The notes under the pieces were generated by a model. That model searched no databases. It was not told where the DNA came from and saw nothing but the letters and a program-made list of their open reading frames with translations. Shown in pieces: positions 27,860 through 41,483 of a stretch of 64,000 bases of DNA. The position numbers were made by a program, and so were the translations under genes. The number at the start of each line of letters is the position of its first letter. Position 1 is the stretch's first letter. This stretch comes from Eledone cirrhosa (lineage: Eukaryota), in assembly GCA_964016885.1 (NCBI GenBank), contig OZ024742.1:30380001-30444000 (forward strand), given 5' to 3'.

Positions 27860-28240
27860 TATAAACGTTTGAATATGTGTAATAAAGCCAAAACAACGCA
27901 GGTATGGACATAGAAAAAAGAATGCAATTGTAAAAGATATTGTTGACAATTCGTCCTTTACCTTAAATTTATTTAAATGTCCTTAATTTTCGAGATAATA
28001 TCTCTTCTTCAGAGGGAAATAAATGTCTCAAACCAGCGTTCTAAATATCTAGCCAAGCCATGCTGACAGGAAATAGTATAGAGTATCTGTTCTATCTCTA
28101 ATATCAAAGAAAATTAAGGACATTTAAATAAATTTAAGGTAAAGGACGAATTGTCAACAATATCTTTTACAATTGCATTCTTTTTTCTATGTCCATACCT
28201 GCATTGTTTTGGCTTTATTACACATATTCAAACGTTTATA
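27860..28240. mobile_element. PLE pseudo-LTR fold-back (arms 27860-27990 / 28110-28240) with hammerhead at 27981-28015 (-)
   Basis: CCT-CTGAAGA-A-GAGAT-ATT-ATCTC-GAAA-ATTA-AGG. A family member lies at 40980-41190. Confidence 0.7.
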
Positions 28241-28594
28241 TATATATATATATATATATATATGCATACATACATACATATGCATTTTCGTATTTCTTTT
28301 TTGTACCACTTTACCTCTCACTCACACACACACACACTCTTTCTCTCTCTCTCTCTCTCTCTTTGTCACTATACTTTGTTCAAACTTGCAGGTATGAAAT
28401 ATACTTTGGTTTGTGATCAAATCAATGAACAGAAGATGGAATGAAAGAATGACAAACCATCAAACCAACAAACCATCAAACCAACATCCAAACGAATGAC
28501 AGAATAATAGAGACATTCATTTGAAAAGTGGAATAGAGATCTAATTAACCATAGTCTAGTGTTGATTGTACTATTGTGTTGCGTAGTGATCAGA

Positions 28595-29182
<588 letters not shown>

Positions 29183-29185
29183 ATG

Positions 29186-29512
29186 GCGGAGATACGTGGC
29201 TTTCAGGCTAGACTATTTGGCTCATTGTCGTAAGGTTGTGAGTTCGATTCCCGGCGGCGCGTTGCGTCCTTGAGCAAGACATCTTATTTTATGTTGCTCC
29301 AGTTCACTCAGCTGGCAAAAATGAGTTGTAGTTTTAATTCGAAGGGCCAGCCAGGTCACATTATGTATCACACTGAATCTCCCTGAGAGCTAAGGTAAGG
29401 TTACGCCAGTCAATGGAATTCACAGACAACCGCTTACCCGTTACTTTCATGAGCAGGCTGTTATGTTGATCGCATCAACTGGAACACTCGTCGTCGTCAC
29501 CGACAGAGTGTT
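29186..29512 (+). mobile_element. tRNA-derived CORE-like SINE
   Basis: B box GAGTTCGATTCC; CORE-like GTCCTTGAGCAAGACA..GTTGCTCCAGTTCACTCAGCTG..AAAATGAGT. Confidence 0.8.
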
Positions 29513-29552
29513 GGTTTATAAATGCATGTATAAATGCATATGATAGTCGATA

Positions 29553-29763
29553 GACTTTCGTCAAATCGGACCAAGGGAACAATGTTTCCGTTGGTCTTTC
29601 CAGTTGCTAGTACTATCTATCGGTCGCAACTCCAGATAGAAGGAGCAACGTGAAATAAAGTGTCTTGCTCAAGGACATAACGCATCGCCCGGTCCAGGAA
29701 TCGAACTCACAACCTCACGATTGCGGATCCAATTCTCTAACCACTCAGCCACACGCCTTCACA
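29553..29763 (-). mobile_element. CORE-like SINE (near-identical copy 32285-32495; others at 49165-49295, 50420-50685, 52862-52980, 56930-57100)
   Basis: Head GTGAAGGCGTGTGGCTGAGTGGTTAG..GAGTTCGATTCC with a CORE-like body. Confidence 0.8.
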
Positions 29764-29929
29764 TATGTATATGTATATACATGTATATACATGTTATATG
29801 TGTGTGTGTGTATATATATGTTATATGTGCGTGTGTGGGTGTATGTTATATAAGTGTGTATGTGTGTGTGTATATATGCGTGTGTGTGTGTGGGTATGTG
29901 CGTACGTTATATATATATGTGTGTGTGTG

Positions 29930-30016
<87 letters not shown>

Positions 30017-30322
30017 TATGTGTGTGTGTTGCTATACTTGGTGGGGGGAGGGGTCATGCTGTTTATAAAAATAAACATGCACCTGGTTGGGTTTCACTTC
30101 AATTTATTACAATTATTTCCTAGTCGGATAGTTTAATAACCGAACTTGTTGTTTAGCTGTTGATTATCATCAAAGTTCTTTCGTCTTACATTCTGTGACC
30201 TCCTCGGTCACTACTTTTTTCCATTGGCAACATGACACTCCCAAAGTATAACAATATCTGTTTCAATGCACGTTGTCAGATATAAATCTTGCAAAACAAA
30301 TACAAAAACGAAATATATATGC

Positions 30323-30485
<163 letters not shown>

Positions 30486-30488
30486 CTC

Positions 30489-30532
<44 letters not shown>

Positions 30533-30610
30533 CACACACGCACTCACGCACACAGACACACACACACACACATTCTACATATATATATATATGTGTGTGA
30601 GAGAGAGAGA

Positions 30611-31620
30611 GTCCCGGGTTCAATCGGATGTGACCACAGTAAGTAAGGTACTCAATACATTAGTAGAGTGTAAACATCAATTTTAATATAGAAATGACTT
30701 CTACAGGACTAGAAATATTTAATTTGAAAGAAATCATCAGGAAAGTTATAAGGGACTGAGATGTACACCCACACGGCAAAAATCTAACTTCTCCAAAATG
30801 GAAGATAATATCACAGAATTCTGCCGAAAACTTAGACTAATAGAATACTTCTCCAATGACACCAACACTGAAGACGAATCAATAGTTTGAAATAAAAGTG
30901 ATTTTTGCCCACAGAAAGGCAAGAACAAAGCACTGGACACCTACTGCGAACGCATCATCAACTTTCCCTATGAAAAAACTGCAAAGAAACACATGAAATT
31001 GAACCTCTCAAAACACGAATGGAAAGAATTATTCACACTTCGAGATAACACTGAAATAACCATCAAAGAAGCCGATAAAGGGAACACTGTAGTCATCCTG
31101 AATATTGACTTCTATGGGGACCTGGCACTTAAAATCTTAGACGACAACAAGTAGTACGAAAAAACAGAAACTACAAACAAACTTAAACAATGGGAATCTC
31201 CTAGCATTACTACAAAAATATCGCAATAGCCTAACCACAAAAGAATTTGAATACATAAGCCATTTCAAATGCAAAACAAATACTTTTTACGGCTTACTGA
31301 AGATTCACAAATGTAAACTCATAAACGATGCCTGTGGCATTTCGATTAATAACTACATACAATTAACACCACCAGAAAACTTAAATCTTAAACCAATTAT
31401 AGCAGGCCCTGCGTGTGAACCCCAGAGAGACTTAGCATACTATACTTTTGACAATCCTATATTTCTCTCTCCCCTATAGCAATTGTCTCTAGCTTACATT
31501 TCCCCTCTTAGCCACCCTTATCTGAACTCTTGACCAGTCCTTTAACACAAGTGAGATACACACACATATTCTCCCTAAAATTCCTCTCCCTAAAATTAAT
31601 TTGTTCTGTGAAAAGACACA

Positions 31621-31655
<35 letters not shown>

Positions 31656-31850
31656 CTCTCCATTTTAGACCCAGTCTTCTTCTCAACAAGAAAGATGAAC
31701 ATACCTTCTTCAACACTTAATTTTAAATTTTAATTTTTAATTCTTTTTAATTGTAATATTCAACATTTGATAAGATGGATTACACCGATACATCGAAACC
31801 GGTAATATTTTATATATATTATATACATTATAAAAGCCCTTTTTTTTAAA
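30611..31850 (+). mobile_element. Penelope-like element: inverted pseudo-LTR (30611-30745), RT N-terminal fragment (30748-31425), pseudo-LTR with decayed hammerhead (31762-31810)
   Basis: KGLRCTPT..EFCRKLRLIEYF, IKEADKGNTVVI, FYGLLKIHK, KPIIAGP; hammerhead TTGATAA-GATG..CATC-GAAACCGGTA. Confidence 0.85.
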
Positions 31851-32505
31851 GAATTGTCCCTCTCATTTTTTTTAAATAATGTCACTTTGACGGATCAAAG
31901 AAGAAAAAAGAAAAACAGATCCTTTAAATATATTTTCCGTGCTGTTTCCAATTCCACTATAGAACCTTACTCCTTTTTAAATTTGTTTTTAGGGGCGGGG
32001 GCTTGATGTATATTGTGAGGTGACAACAGTTCGGTTAAAAAAGTACTCAATACGTTATTAGAGTATAGGCATATTTATTTTATTATAGAAATGACTTCTA
32101 CATGACTAGAACTGTTTCATTCGTAAGCAATCATCACACACACACACACATATATCTATATATATATAGAGAGAGAGAGACAGACAGAGAGAGAGTGAGT
32201 TAGAGTGGGAAATGTGTATATTTGTGTATGACTTTCTGTGTTTGTGTATATATACATATATATAGAGAGAGAGAGACATTCGATCGACTTTCGTCAAATC
32301 GGACCGAGGAAACAATGTTTCCATTGGTCTTTCCAATTGATAATACTCTCTGTTAGTCGCAACTCCAGGTAGAAGGAGCAATGTGAAATAAAGTGTCTTA
32401 CCCAAGGACACAACGCATCGCCCAGTCCTGGAATCGAACTCACGACTTCACGATTGCGAATCCAATTCACTAACCACTCAGCCACGCGCCTTCACAAGAT
32501 GAACG

Positions 32506-32540
<35 letters not shown>

Positions 32541-32701
32541 TCATCATAACCAAAATAATCACTAAATAATGTCTATATTTTGAAACTCTCTTCTATTCTT
32601 GATATTTATAGAACAGCCTCCAAATTGGTTTCAGTCACTGAATGAAACAAATTTGTAAACTTTTCTATAAATATCTATATTAATTTGTGAATGTACCGAG
32701 A

Positions 32702-32781
<80 letters not shown>

Positions 32782-33134
32782 TCTGTGTGTGTAGATGGAT
32801 AAATCGTAAATAATTTTACAAATGTAAGTACGTTTAATAAATACTTACAATAACAAGGTGAATGCCCGTGAGGGTGTTTGGTTATTCCGTCGTCTCAGCC
32901 TCAGTCTTTCCCAAGGCAATATTTACGAGTATGTCGGCTTACTTCAGAAATTATTAGAGAGGAGACTCCAGCGCCCCTTGATGTGGTTTATGATTGAATG
33001 TGCGTGTCTTCTTCCACTTTCTTGGTTTCCTCTTTTCTTATATAAATCGTGTTTATTTTTATGCACAATTTCGATAAATATAGGTGAAAATCAGTGAACT
33101 GTTTTCTATCTTGTTCTGCAAGATCCAACTCGAT

Positions 33135-33175
33135 TGCTCATGCGCAAGACCTGGCATGAGGGCGCATGTGCAAGA
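33135..33175. promoter_or_regulatory. Possible promoter: two NRF1/ewg-like GCGCA motifs in a non-repetitive island
   Basis: CATGCGCA and GCGCATGTGCA lie upstream of a minus-strand donor GTAAGC at 32937-42. This is inference only. Confidence 0.25.
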
Positions 33176-33277
33176 GCTGTAGCCTGATATGTTTAATGTT
33201 ATAGTTAATTCAACTATATAATTGATCCATGTATCGAAATGTCTTTATCATTTACGTATTGTCATTTTTAGCACAAA

Positions 33278-34055
33278 ACAGTGGATTGGCAGTATCGATA
33301 GAGCATCAGGCAGGCTTTGTGTCATAGCTACGGCCAGTTACGTTCTGAGTTCAAATCCCGCTGAGGTTAGCTTAACCTTTCATCCTTACGGGGTTGATAA
33401 AATAAAGTACCAGTAATACACTGGGATCGATTTAATCGACATTCCTCTACCCCCAAAATAGTTGGCCTTGTGCCTAAATCAGAAACCATTATTAGGATTG
33501 GCAGTATCGGTAGAAGGTCGGACGCCATGCTTTTCAGCATAGAGTTACGCTCCTTTATAGTCTGAGTTCAAATCCCGCCGAGGTTCACTTTGCCTTTCAT
33601 CCTTACGGGGTCGATAAAATAAAGTACCAGTAATGTACTGGGTAATTGCTGACCTTGTGCCAAAAGTAGAAACAATTATTAACACAGAAAGGTGGTGGTT
33701 TGGCAGTATGGGTAGAGCGTCGGACAACATGCTTTGCTACATATAGCTACGGCCCTTTACGTTCCGATGTTAGTTTTGCCTTTCATCCTAATGGGATCGG
33801 TAAAATAAAGTACCGGTAATACACTGGGTCGATTTAATTGACTTCCTCCTCCCTTCAAATTATTACCACAAAACACTAAACAACTGAGCTAAATATTCGT
33901 TACGTCACTTTAGGTTGTGTTTTCAAAACTCGCCAGAGTCAACTTTATTTTCCATCCTTCCGAAGGAGATAAAATAAAAATACCAGTCAACTGCTAGGGT
34001 CGGTTTAATCGACTTTCCCATCCCTCAAAATTGTCGAACTTGTGCCTAAATCATA
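33278..34055 (+). mobile_element. Tandem cluster of four Meta-like SINEs
   Basis: The TTTCATCC..GATAAAATAAAGTACCAGT core recurs four times, head to tail. Confidence 0.85.
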
Positions 34056-34446
34056 AGCCCTATTCATGTAGTCTACTTATATATTTGTGTGTTTCTTACT
34101 AATCATATTCATGGAAGGAAATCTAATCCATATGCTACCACCATAAATGAAACTTAAGAGTAAGTTTGCCCCAACATTTAGATATTTTATTTAGTTATTT
34201 ATTTAACCATTTATTTATTTATTTAACATATTTACAGTCACTAGTAAACATGTGACGAATACGTCACTAATCTGACCGTTGTGATGCTGATGATGGAGCT
34301 GTGAAAACCTCGAAACTTCAATAGACACACAGATCTAGGAACGCTACTGAACTAAAGAAATACGAACAATCCTTAATAAAAATGATCAAAGTGGAGCAGT
34401 CTAGATTTCTATATAAAACGGTTGAAAGAAAAGCTGGTGCCTAATG

Positions 34447-35012
34447 AGGTGGATGGAGTGGTGTGAGGTGGTGTGGAGTGGTGTGGAGTGTTGTGATGTG
34501 GTGTGGAGTGGTGTGAGGTGGTGTGGAGTGGTGTGAGGTGGGGTGGAGTGTGTGAGGTGGTGTGATGTGGTGTGAGGTGGTGTGGAGTGGTGTGAGGTGG
34601 TGTGAGATGGTGTGGAGTGGTGTGGAGTAGTGCGGTGTAGAGTGAAGTGGTGCGGTGTTGTATGATATGGTGTGGTGTAGTTTGGTGTGGTATGGTTTGG
34701 TGTGATGTGGTGTGGTGTGGTATAGAGAGGTGTGGTATGGTGTGGTGTGGTGTGATGGGGTGTGGTGTAGTGGAGCGTGGTGGGGTGTGATGTGGTGTGG
34801 TACAGAGAGGTGTGGTATGGTGTGGTGTGGTACAGAGAGGTGTGGTATGGTGTGGTGTGATGTGGTGTGGTGTAGTGGAGCGTGGTGTGGTGTGAAGTGG
34901 GGTAGTGTGGTACAGAGAGGTGTGGTATGGTGCGGTGTGGTGTGATGTGGTGTGGTGTAGTGGAGCGTGGTGTGGTGTGAAGTGGGGTAGTGTAGTATGG
35001 TGTGGTGTGGTG
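34447..35012. repeat. (TGTGG)n pentanucleotide satellite
   Basis: Direct inspection. Confidence 0.95.
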
Positions 35013-35184
35013 ACATCAATCTGAGATAATATATAACAATGGATGAGTAATTTGTATGTTGGTAAAGTGGTCTTTTGTTTGGTGTTGGTTAGAGACAATA
35101 GTGGTGGTGGCGGCGGCGGTGGTGGTGTTGGTGGTGGTGGTGGTAGTGGTGGTGGAAAGAGAAACCTGAACTTTCTCTGAGAAA

Positions 35185-35306
<122 letters not shown>

Positions 35307-35337
35307 GTATACATATATACACATATGTATGTATGTT

Positions 35338-35392
<55 letters not shown>

Positions 35393-35527
35393 AAAAGAAA
35401 TCAAAAATGCAACTGGAGTCTTTTTAAGAATATTTGTTTCCTTTACCGGTTTCACAGTTCTTATACTTTTCAAAAGTAGAATTGAGATGGAGGGTTTGTG
35501 GTTTTTATTAAAAAAGCTCATTTTCTG

Positions 35528-35582
<55 letters not shown>

Positions 35583-35585
<3 letters not shown>

Positions 35586-35765
35586 CGAAGGAATTGTGGT
35601 AAGGAACCAGATGGAGCATATCGCACCAGAGTACTCAATACTTAGAGTAGTAGAGTGGGTAATAGGAAAAGGTATGACCCCGACGGCAGAGCTCAAGCCG
35701 TTTCGACGGCTATTTCTGGATGATGTCGAAACAGCTTGAGCTCTGCCGTCAGGGTCATACCTTTT

Positions 35766-35768
<3 letters not shown>
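35583..35768. mobile_element. PLE-type pseudo-LTR fold-back (family of 741-915)
   Basis: Sequence identity with 17443-17580; inverted tail from ~35725. Confidence 0.65.
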
Positions 35769-35825
<57 letters not shown>

Positions 35826-35832
<7 letters not shown>

Positions 35833-36085
35833 ATGTAATAAACAACATAAGGCAATTATTCCATTTACCAGTGGTTTCTTAAAAGCAAAAGGTTTTGCTT
35901 TCAATCATCAGAACGGAAAAAGCTGGTTTGTTTATTGAATTTGGATTACAAAACCTTTTTTTGTAATCCAAATTCAATAAACAAACCAGCTTTTTCCGTT
36001 CTGATGATTGAAAGCAAAACCTTTTGCTTTTAAGAAACCACTGGTAAATGGAATAATTGCCTTATGTTGTTTATTACATAATAAT
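35826..36085. mobile_element. Apparently perfect ~128-bp-arm palindrome made of a PLE pseudo-LTR fragment
   Basis: Arms 35826-35953 / 35959-36085 with a spacer of about 5 nt. Confidence 0.85.
35996..36051 (+). ncRNA. Type I hammerhead ribozyme with intact core; mirror copy at 35861-35916 (-)
   Basis: CCGTT-CTGATGA-TTGAAAGCAAAA-CC-TTTTGCTTTTAA-GAA-ACCA-C-TGGT-A-AATGG. Predicted cut after 36046. Confidence 0.8.
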
Positions 36086-36376
36086 AATAATTAAGCTCTG
36101 TTGCCTACATAGAGCACTCTTTTTTCCTGGACTTTTCCGATGGAATTACTTCATTCATACATATATATATATATATATATAGATAGATAATTTAATATAT
36201 CAACTAACATAGGCGCACAGATGCATGTCCATGCCAGAAAATACACAGGTTATGTCATAGTACCTAGGTGGTTCAATGCAGGAGGGTGCAGAACAATAAT
36301 ATAAAAGACGTAGGATAAGAAAATATTTTTTAAAAAAATTTTTTTTTAATTTTTTACTTACTTACTTAAATTTTCA

Positions 36377-36456
36377 CTCCAACTAATTAGTTTCTGCAAT
36401 GGGATAAAGACAGTTACGTAATCCAACTGTCGAGAATTCATTGCGTCATCAGGGAG
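36377..36456 (-). ncRNA. Type I hammerhead with an expanded stem II containing a second hairpin
   Basis: CTCC-CTGATGA-CGCAATG..GACAGTT..AACTGTC..CATTGCA-GAA-ACTAATTAGT-T-GGAG. Confidence 0.65.
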
Positions 36457-36715
36457 GCTATTCTCAGCTGAGTCTCCAGGCAATGCGCGGACACTGGCGG
36501 CTCATATAAAAATAATAATAATTCGGTAGAAAGAACAGCTGGCGAGGACTGGATTCCATGTACTGAAATTCTCACTGCTTCTAGTCAAATGGCCGATTCT
36601 AAAGAATCAATCACGTGACACAGAGGCTAGTTAGAAGGAATGGGATGGTAAGATGACTGACGCCTACTAACACCCCAAAAAAAAAAATTTAGAAGTGGTT
36701 TTGGCAGGTTTGCTC

Positions 36716-36764
<49 letters not shown>

Positions 36765-36770
<6 letters not shown>

Positions 36771-37947
36771 GATATTAATAAATGGAAACTATATTTATAA
36801 AACCATATTTATTTCATTATACATATTTCAGGGATACCACATTAAATTATGGTATGCCTTCATCAGACAAAATACAATATATAACAGTTTTACAAATAGG
36901 TTTGACGTACCCTTTAAATACAACCATTACTTTTGGAGGCTGTCTGGATAGTGATTTGTTCATATAATAAGTCATAGTGTTAAGCACAATAAGACGGAGA
37001 GAAAAAAACGGAGAGAAAGAAAGAGAAAAGAACAAAGACAGAGAGAGAGAAAGAAAAGAGAAAGAAAACCTGGAGAAATATCGGAGAGAGAGAGAAAAGT
37101 AAGGAGAAAAGAAAGAGATAGATAAAGATAGGAGGAAATAAAAAAGAAAGAAAAGGAAGGAATAAGAAAAACAAAGGAATAAGAAAAACAAAGGAAAGCA
37201 ACAGAGAGATATCAAGTCATCATACAGAAAGAGAAACTCAAGAGAGAGAAATGCTATATAGAGAGAGGGGGACTTTACGTCATGTCATATTAAGTTAAGT
37301 TAACAATTTATATGAAATGAATAATAAAAATATAAATATAAGTATCAATATTCATGAATGGGACATAGATATATAATATGAGAAATTAAACATTGTTCAA
37401 TAATGACCACATGTTTAGTTTAGAAACTTGAGATCAATATACCAAAAACTGAGTTCAAAATGTACCCTTGGTATAGAGATTAGTATTTTATGCAAAGACA
37501 TACAAATACATATGTGTATATACATACACATTCCTTTGTTTTTCTTATTCCTTCCTTTTCTTTCTTTTTTATTTCCTCCTATCTTTATCTATCTCTTTCT
37601 TTTCTCCATACTTTTCTCTCTCCGATATTTCTCCAGGTTTTCTTTCTCTTTTCTTTCTCTCTCTCTGTCTTTGTTCTTTTCTCTTTCTTTCTCTCCGTTT
37701 TTTTCTCTCCGTCTTTTTCTAATTGTGCTTAACACTATGACTTATTATATGAACAAATTACTATCCAGACAGCCTCCAAAAGTAATGGTTGTATTTAAAG
37801 GGTACGTCAAACCTATTTGTAAAACTGTTATATATTGTATTTTGTCTGATGAAGGCATACCATAATTTAATGTGGTATCCCTGAAATATGTATAATGAAA
37901 TAAATATGGTTTTATAAATATAGTTTCCATTTATTAATATCGTATAT
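36765..37947. mobile_element. PLE pseudo-LTR inverted repeat (arms ~36765-37180 / 37530-37947), each arm with a hammerhead (37842-37896 +, mirror ~36815-36870 -)
   Basis: Nearly identical arms; hammerhead CTGATGA-AGGCATACCATA..TGTGGTATCCCT-GAAATATGTATA. Confidence 0.8.
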
Positions 37948-38030
37948 CTACTCCAAAAATTTGTCGAGTGCTTTATATCAGTTATAAAAATATTTACTTG
38001 TTGTATCCCAACAATTTTAAATAGAACTTT

Positions 38031-38065
<35 letters not shown>

Positions 38066-39286
38066 GTGATACTGAAGGGCGTGAGGAAAAGTACTCAATA
38101 CCGAAATAGAGTTGAAATATTCATTCATTATAGCTAAACAATGATCCTTGTTATTCTTGAGTTTACCCTCCTCCCCCCCCCCCCTACTTATACATGCATT
38201 AATGAATAAAATGTTTAATTGATCGAACAAATGAATGCTCATCATCGAAAATGGTGGAGGACCCATTACTTTATATACATATATATATATATATGAGTCC
38301 AGAAATAGCCGTCGAAACGGCTTGAGCTCTGCCGTCGGAGTTAAACATTTTCCTATAAATATAACTCTATCTTCTGATGAAGGACTAACATCCGAAATGT
38401 TAAGACTCTTTTGCTACTATATCAAGGGTTAAACTAATATATTTCTTCAATGTACTGTGTCGTTTATTTTGTTATTTCTGTTTACATTTTACACACATAT
38501 ATACATATATATGTGTGTGTGTCTGTTTGTGCGTGTGAGTGTGAGTGTGAGCACGTGTGCGTGTGTGTGTGTGTATGTGTGTCTGTGTCTGTGTCTGTGT
38601 GTCTGTGCGTGTGTGTGTGTGTCTGTGTGTGTGTCTCTGTGTGTGTCTCTGTGTCTGTGTGCGTGTGTGTGTGTGTCTGTGTGTGTGTCTCTGTGTGTGT
38701 GTGTGTGTGTGTGTGTGTCTGTGTGTGTCTGTGTGTGTTTCTGTGTGTCTGTGTGTCTGTGTGTGTCTGTGTCTGTATGTGTCTGTGTGTCTGTGTGTGT
38801 GTCACTACATATGTTTTCTACATATATTTTCCTACACAAGATATTTTATCTTAGGTTCCTTTATAGTTTTCCGTTTTTTTTTTACTATATTTTATTTCAT
38901 GTCCTTTAGTTACAAAAGACCCCTCTTATTACCTGCTGTTGTTTTTCTACCAGCTTTTCAATATTCTATTCTAAATGCAGTGATTATTTTTCTTTCTTTC
39001 CCCCTCTAGATTTGATAATTGATTTAACTTCCAGTTGAGAATACTTCAGCAGTTACACAATATTACTAAGCTATTACCCTTTATTTTTATCCTTTTGTTA
39101 CCATTTAGCTCAGTTTCAAATATTAATCTATCGCAACTATAATATACCTTCTTCTCGACATTTTCTTTCATTTGTGTGTTTTTTGTTAACAAAGCGTACT
39201 TCATTAATTCCAAACTCTCTATAATGTATAATAACCTTATCTTTATTTCTTTTACTATATATAATATGCTATTACTGTCTTCTATT

Positions 39287-40335
39287 AGGGCGGTGAATTG
39301 GCACATCGGTAGAGTATCGGACATGCTTTCCAGCGTAGTTACGTCCCTTTACGATCTGAGTTCAAATCACTTACGAGGTCGATAAAATAAAGTACCAGTA
39401 ATGTACTGGGTAATTGCAGGCCTTGTGCCAAAAGTAGAAATAATTATTATTATTCGGTGTATTGGCAGTATCGGTAGAGGGTCTGACGCCATGCTTTGCA
39501 ACATAGAGTTACAGCCCTTTATGGGTTCAAATCCCGTCGAGGTTAACTTTGCCTTTCATCCTTAGGGGGTCGATAAAATAAAGTACCAGTAATGTACTGG
39601 ATAATTGCTTGCCTTGTGCCAAAAGTAGAAACAATTATTATCATTAGTATCATACCACCAAGATTAGCTTTGCCTTTCATCCTTACAGAGTTGAGAAAAT
39701 AAAGTACCAGTAATGCACTGAGGCCTATTTAATCGACTAACCTCCCCCCCCCCCACACACACACACATACCACCACCACCACCACTAAATTGCTGGCCTT
39801 GTGCCTATAGTAGAAATCATTATTATTATTATGTCAACTTTGCCTTTCATCCTTACTGGGTCGATAAAATAAAGTACCAGTAATACACTGAGACAATTGC
39901 TGGCCTTGTGCCAAAAGTAGAAACAGTTATTATTATTATACGAGGGTCGGCTGAAAAGGGCATAGGCTGACCAAGATACTCTCATGAAATGACCAAATGT
40001 GGTTTATTTTTCAATATATTCTCTGGAAAGAAACAATGCAGTTATTAATAAGAAAAGTTGAAGTTAATGCATGCAATATTTCACAGCTCTAGCATCACTT
40101 CATAGTTAGCTTATGAACTTTTCATAAGCTAACTACGACCCTCGTAGATGAATTGGTGGAATCGTTACTACATCCAGTTACGACCCTTTACGTTCCGAGT
40201 TCAAATCCCGCCAACGTTAGCTTTGCTTTTCCTCCTTACGAAATCGATAAAATAAAATACCATTAACACTGGGGTCATTTAATCGATTCCCCCCCCAAAA
40301 AAAAAATTGCTGCCCTTGTGCCTATAGTAGAAATC
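39287..40335 (+). mobile_element. Cluster of Meta-like SINEs and SINE 3' fragments
   Basis: At least five repeats of the core and tail. Confidence 0.85.
39941..40144. mobile_element. Mariner-type MITE
   Basis: TA|CGAGGGTCG..CGACCCTCG|TA termini with a subterminal match CTGAAAAG..CATAGGCT / AGCTTATG..CTTTTCA. Confidence 0.75.
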
Positions 40336-40597
40336 ATCACCATCACTATCAACATCACCACCATCATCGTCATCATCAACATTACCACCACCATCATCAT
40401 CATCACCACCATCCTCATTATTATCACAATCATCATCACCATCATTATTCATTTCTTTATATATTTTTCTCTCTACAAGATGGCCTTGTCACATTTTCAA
40501 AAAAAAAAAAAAAACACCTTGTCCAGATTCTAGTTGTGTCATCAATGATTTCTCTGTGATTACAATCTCTCTAGAAAGGAAATACTACAACACACCA

Positions 40598-40640
<43 letters not shown>

Positions 40641-40922
40641 CATGTATATATGTGTGCATATGCATGTGTATGTATGTGTGGAGGGGGGGGGGGGGCATGT
40701 ATGTACGTATGTGTATATTATGCTCTTGTGTATGTATGTATGCATGTATGTGTATTATGCACTTGTGTATGTGTATTATGGACATGTATATGTCTGAGGT
40801 GCATGTGTGTGTATGTATGTCTATCTGTGTTTTCATGAAATACAAGCGTCGCAGTCAAGTAACATGTAAAAACTGTTGCTTTATATCTTCCGTAGTATGG
40901 TGGAAAAAATACAGACACACAT

Positions 40923-40966
<44 letters not shown>

Positions 40967-41273
40967 AAAGGAATTTGTAGTTTACTTGAAGCATTGTATA
41001 TGGTATAGAGAAATTGCACTTGGAAAGCCACAACAATGCAGGTTTGGACAGAGAAAAAAACGCAAAAAGCAGAGTTTGTTTTTTTACCTTAATTTATTCA
41101 TGTACTGATATTTCGAGATTAATATCTCTTCATCCGAGGAAAATTTTTTTCTCTGTCCAAACCTGCATTGTCGTGGGTTTCCAACTTCGAATTCTCCCTC
41201 CCCCCTCTCTCTCTCTATATATATTATATATATATATATACACACACATATATATATATATATATGTGTGTGT

Positions 41274-41483
41274 AATACTTTATAGACAACAATCAAAGAG
41301 TGTTTAGAACATTTAATCACGATCGTTTCATCCTAGCACAAGGCCGGAATCATCAGAGTATATAATAAAGGTTATTTTTAACCTTTATTACATATTCCGA
41401 TGATTCCAGCCTTGTGCTAGGATGAAACGATAGTAAGCGATTAAATGTTCTAAACACTCTTTGATTGTTGTTTATAAAGTATT
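41274..41483. mobile_element. PLE pseudo-LTR palindrome (arms 41274-41374 / 41379-41483) with a hammerhead in each arm
   Basis: C(T/C)GATGA-TTCC.GC..GCTAGGAT-GAAACGATAGTA; 4-nt spacer. Confidence 0.7.

Noticed and set aside
29186-29270. SINE heads as genuine tRNA genes
   Set aside because: They have A/B boxes but no intact cloverleaf and continue into SINE bodies.
34285-34325. CTGATGA..GAG..CTC-GAAAC hammerhead-like string (similar one at 22589-22627)
   Set aside because: No convincing stem I, stem III or NUH pairing, so it may be chance.
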